Source: an uncultured Planctomycetaceae bacterium
GTDB lineage: Bacteria > Planctomycetota > Planctomycetia > Gemmatales > Gemmataceae
Reading direction: 5' to 3'
Assembly (NCBI GenBank): GCA_963823075.1
Contig: CAWGKE010000001.1
Span: 1,395,868-1,459,867 of the forward strand
Length of the DNA stretch: 64,000 nt
Shown: in pieces, positions 60,866 through 64,000 of the stretch
How positions within the stretch are numbered: the stretch's first letter is position 1
Layout: the number at the start of each line of letters is the position of its first letter
Made by a program: the position numbers and the translations under genes
The notes under the pieces: generated by a model
Databases searched by the model: none
Told to the model about the DNA's origin: nothing
The model's input: the letters and a program-made list of their open reading frames with translations, nothing else

Positions 60866-62608
60866 GTCCATTCCCGTTATTGCGGCGCGGCGGCCGGTCG
60901 GCGCAAGCGGCCGCTGCCCGCCGCGCGGGGATGCGGCCGCGGTCGCGCCCAGTACCGCTCCGCCCGTTCGTCCTCGCTCAAGTAGGCTGCACGCACCTGG
61001 AGGACGGTCTCGGCCCGCGCGCAGCCAGAACTTCTCGCTCCCCTACACCCGACGGTTCAACTGCTTGATGACGCTCTCCACCGGCGCACTACTGATCGGC
61101 GGCAGCCGCGTACTCGGGGTAGTTAAGGCGGCCCCGGTTGTTCTCCACGTAGCCCAGCGTGTCCGCCGCCACCCGCCGTGGCTCGTCCTCCGCCGCATTC
61201 GCCGGCGGCTCCCCCAGACGCTTGCACACCGCCCGCAGCCCGCCCAGCAACAGCAGCACCTTCCCTGACCAGGCCCAGCACAGCCATTGCGTGTACAACG
61301 CCCACGCCGCCTCCGTGCCCTTGCCCTCCGCCGCGCACGCCCCCGCATACAGATGCGCTAACAGGTGTAAAAAGGCCAAAATGCCGAGGAACCCAGCCGC
61401 CAGCAGATGAAACTCGCTCACTGCCCAGACCGTTTCAGCCGTCGCCCAGGCAAGCCTTCCCTTGACCCGATCCAGACCACGCCGGTGAACCTCGGCCGCC
61501 ACGTGCCAGCCGAACGGCTCGTGTCCGCCGAGGTCGGCAACCGTTCGCACCAACCGCTGCGGTCGCCTGGTCCGACCCGGCCGCCGCCGCCGACGCTTCT
61601 TGGGAGGCGGCGGCGAGGGCCGGTCGGCACGGCCCACGCTTTTGCCGCTTGCGACCGCAATTCCGCCGCCAGTCGCGCCACCCGTTGGCGGTCCAGGAAC
61701 TTCGGCGGCGGCTGCGGTTGCGGATCGCTCCGAGCTTCCCGGGAAGCGTAGGTCTGACAACAGGCCACCTTGTCCTCGCGCCAGGCCGGGTCGGTTACCC
61801 CGCGTCCCGCCTCCGCGGCGCGCGTTTGATAGCGACCCCCATCCAGCATCACAGCCGCGACCACGGGCGCCTTCCCGTAGTCGCGTGCCAGACGGTTCTC
61901 CTGCAACGCCCGGACGTCGGCGTCTCGCTGTTGTTCCCACTCCCCGCCGATCCGTTCGGTCAGACGCTGCAGATGCGTCGGACTGATCGCCCACTTGGCC
62001 AGTGCCCGAAGGTCCTCGCTGGCGTCCTTAAACGAGGCCGCCTTGGCGGCCTGACGAACCGCCTGGCGAAGCAGGGTGGGACTATAGCCTTCCGTCCCCA
62101 ACGCCAGTTTGTGGTCCAGAGGGAAAAAAAGAGACCCGACAGGTCTGGCAGTGCCACTGTTCGCGGCTGAAGGTCACTTCCCCCGCGTCGCTGTGCAGTT
62201 GCCGCCGCGGCAGGGGTTCCCCCGCAGGAGTATGCCGCCGAGCCGGTCGGCCGCACCGCGGACAAAGGATCGGTTGGCCGTCCTCCGGTCGCACGGCCGG
62301 GTCGTCCGCGATGTCCTGCTCCAGGAGCCAGGCGGCCAGCTCACGGGTAAGAGAGCAGGCGCGGCCTTCCCGCTGAGAGAACGTGACCGGGGGTGGATTC
62401 GGCCCGCCGTCGAAATAGAGATCGAAGGCGGCTCCCGCCTGTTCGAGCCACTGCTGGCGGAGTTGTTCGCGGCCGGTGTTCACGCTGCGTGAAGATTCGT
62501 TCATAGCTGCCTGCCGGGGATTAAGGAACAACGTGTCTCGCTTTCCTGGTTATCTCATACCGGAGGCGCAGCTGCAATAACGGGAATGGACCCCAGTCGC
62601 GGTCGGTT
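60866..62608 (-). mobile_element. ISKra4-like insertion sequence with a frameshifted transposase
   Basis: TIRs GGGGTCCATTCCCGTTATTGC / GCAATAACGGGAATGGACCCC. The transposase spans three frames (62531 down to 61089). N-terminal zinc finger CPRCG..CQTCR. Confidence 0.65.
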
Positions 62609-62757
62609 CTTGACGGCGGCTGACGGCTGTGGTTTATTTAGGGATCGCAATAGGCTGACTGACAGGCGTGGTACGCTGACCGGCGCCTCTGATTTGCTGA
62701 CCGGGCCGGTCAGCATACTCACCAGTTCGGCGAAGAGATGTTGGTGCGGAGGTTGCC

Positions 62758-63430
62758 ATGGACCGATCCATCCGCCGAGCCGTCCTACAACGTGATCGGT
62801 TTACCTGTCAAGCCTGCCGTAGGAGTACCAAAGGCCAAGTGCATCACATCCTGCCACGCAACTGCGGCGGGACGGATGCGTTGAATAACCTGATGACCTT
62901 ATGCGGCCGCTGTCACATGCTTGCGAGCACTATTCCAGATCTGATTCTATGCGAGGTACTCCGGATTCGACCGCAAGATCTCCCCGCCGAAAAAGTAAAG
63001 GTGGCAACGGCGATCCAGCAGTACGAGTTCACGAAACGACAAGAGCGGCAAACGGGAGTCGGCCCAGACATGGACATCGCACACGTCGTGACGATCATCG
63101 AAGCCTTGGCAGAAGGCGTCGATCCGCTAACCGGACAAGCGTTCCCTGAAGGCAGTCCGTACCAACAGCCCACGGTAATCCGCGCTCTGTACACCGCCGT
63201 CAGAGAATTACGACAACTCAAGGTAGGCGGCGCCTCGCCGGGCGGCGCACTTGCAAACGCCGGCAAACCGTGGGGAGCCTCGAGGAGGAGCAGTTGCGTC
63301 AAGAGTTCTCGAAGCAACTCGCGATCCCAGAGATCGCGCGGCGGCACGGTCGCACGCGGGTCGCCATGCTTGGACGGCTGATGCGGCTTGGGCTGCTGAA
63401 CGGCAGTATAGAGTTGCCCGACAAGGGATG
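62758..63430 (+). CDS. HNH endonuclease domain protein (frameshift near 63275)
   Basis: HNH motif CQAC..HHILPRNCGGTDALNNLMTLCGRCH. The C-terminus continues in the +2 frame (EEEQLRQEFSKQLAIPEIARRHGRTRVAMLGRLMRLGLLNGSIELPDKG*). Confidence 0.6.
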
Positions 63431-63566
63431 ACGAAGACGCCGAACAAGACGCCGCAGGAGACGGCGGCCGCGAAACTGGTCTTGACGCTTTTCGCATCGC
63501 TCATAGCTGCGGCCCGGAGGAAGTACTCCCCTCCGGGTCGCGGCTAAACTACAGACATTTCACCGC

Positions 63567-63875
63567 TCAGAACTGGTCGAGCCAGAAATGGAAGCCGCGG
63601 TAGTGCTTCTGCGGCGTGAGGTACTCGTAGCGCCAGTGCGGCTCGTTGAACGGCGGGTAGGCCATGTAGGCCGGCGGCGCCATGTACGGCGCGCCCGTCG
63701 GTTCCGGCCACTGCGGGCCTTGGCTCGGCCAGTAGTTGGCGGGGAAGTAGTAGTAGGGGTAGTAGAAGAAGCGGTTGAGCGTCGGGTCCACCTGTTGGGC
63801 GTGGGCCGGTGCGGCCGTCAACCCCAGGCCCGCCGCCACAAGCGCCGCCAGCAGAATCCGCCGAATGCGTGTCAT
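63567..63875 (-). CDS. Small secreted Tyr/Pro-rich protein
   Basis: Signal peptide MTRIRRILLAALVAAGLGLTAAPAHA, then YYPYYYFPANYWP. Confidence 0.5.
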   Translation of the reverse strand: MTRIRRILLAALVAAGLGLTAAPAHAQQVDPTLNRFFYYPYYYFPANYWPSQGPQWPEPTGAPYMAPPAYMAYPPFNEPHWRYEYLTPQKHYRGFHFWLDQF

Positions 63876-64000
63876 CGTCGCAGCCCTCCTGACGTGGCGG
63901 GGCGTCGTGCCCCAAGCCCTCCATCTCCCTTCACTCTACCCGGTGAATCCCTGCCGTGCGGCGACGCGGCGCCGCGCCGCCGATAAAAAAACGACGCCGA

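Overview
This window is high-GC (about 68-70%) and the gene content points to Planctomycetota (Gemmataceae-like). The evidence is DUF1559 prepilin-like proteins, DUF1573, TIGR03000 and PSCyt1 domains, and scattered H4MPT-pathway genes. The first ~39 kb is mostly chromosomal housekeeping and envelope genes: a TAT-secreted sugar-phosphate isomerase, a SAM-dependent methyltransferase, an MlaE permease, a YqjD/ElaB-YqjE-like stress membrane trio, a sialidase-like BNR protein, gltX, a tandem M16 peptidase, a gamma-glutamyltransferase, an AGXT-type aminotransferase, and a giant flotillin. Inside it sits a compact, convergently terminated defence-type operon: Dcm-type C5 cytosine methyltransferase, a translationally coupled putative restriction endonuclease, then a Vsr very-short-patch-repair endonuclease. 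One large gene encodes a Hanks-type Ser/Thr kinase fused to a tubulin/FtsZ-like GTPase domain, and it is flanked on both sides by unusual hairpins whose stems are tandem heptamers. Positions 39.2-46.3 kb are a nested IS/MITE hotspot between tRNA-Arg(CCT) and tRNA-Ser(CGA). It holds IS630-family copies interrupted at homologous sites by tandem palindromic MITE pairs, followed by an IS5 and an IS701 element. From 48.0 to 51.0 kb the GC drops to about 50%. This island is bounded by an AT-rich palindrome that truncates a host gene, and it carries two nested inverted pairs of a ~60-bp repeat, followed directly by an IS481-type transposase. Downstream is an operon for a ThrC-like enzyme, a MoaD/ThiS carrier and a ThiF/MoeZ E1, with a clear SAM-I riboswitch in its leader; this points to sulfur-carrier-dependent homocysteine and methionine synthesis. 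Many genes need a frameshift to read correctly, so indel-type sequence errors (or widespread pseudogenisation) are likely throughout.
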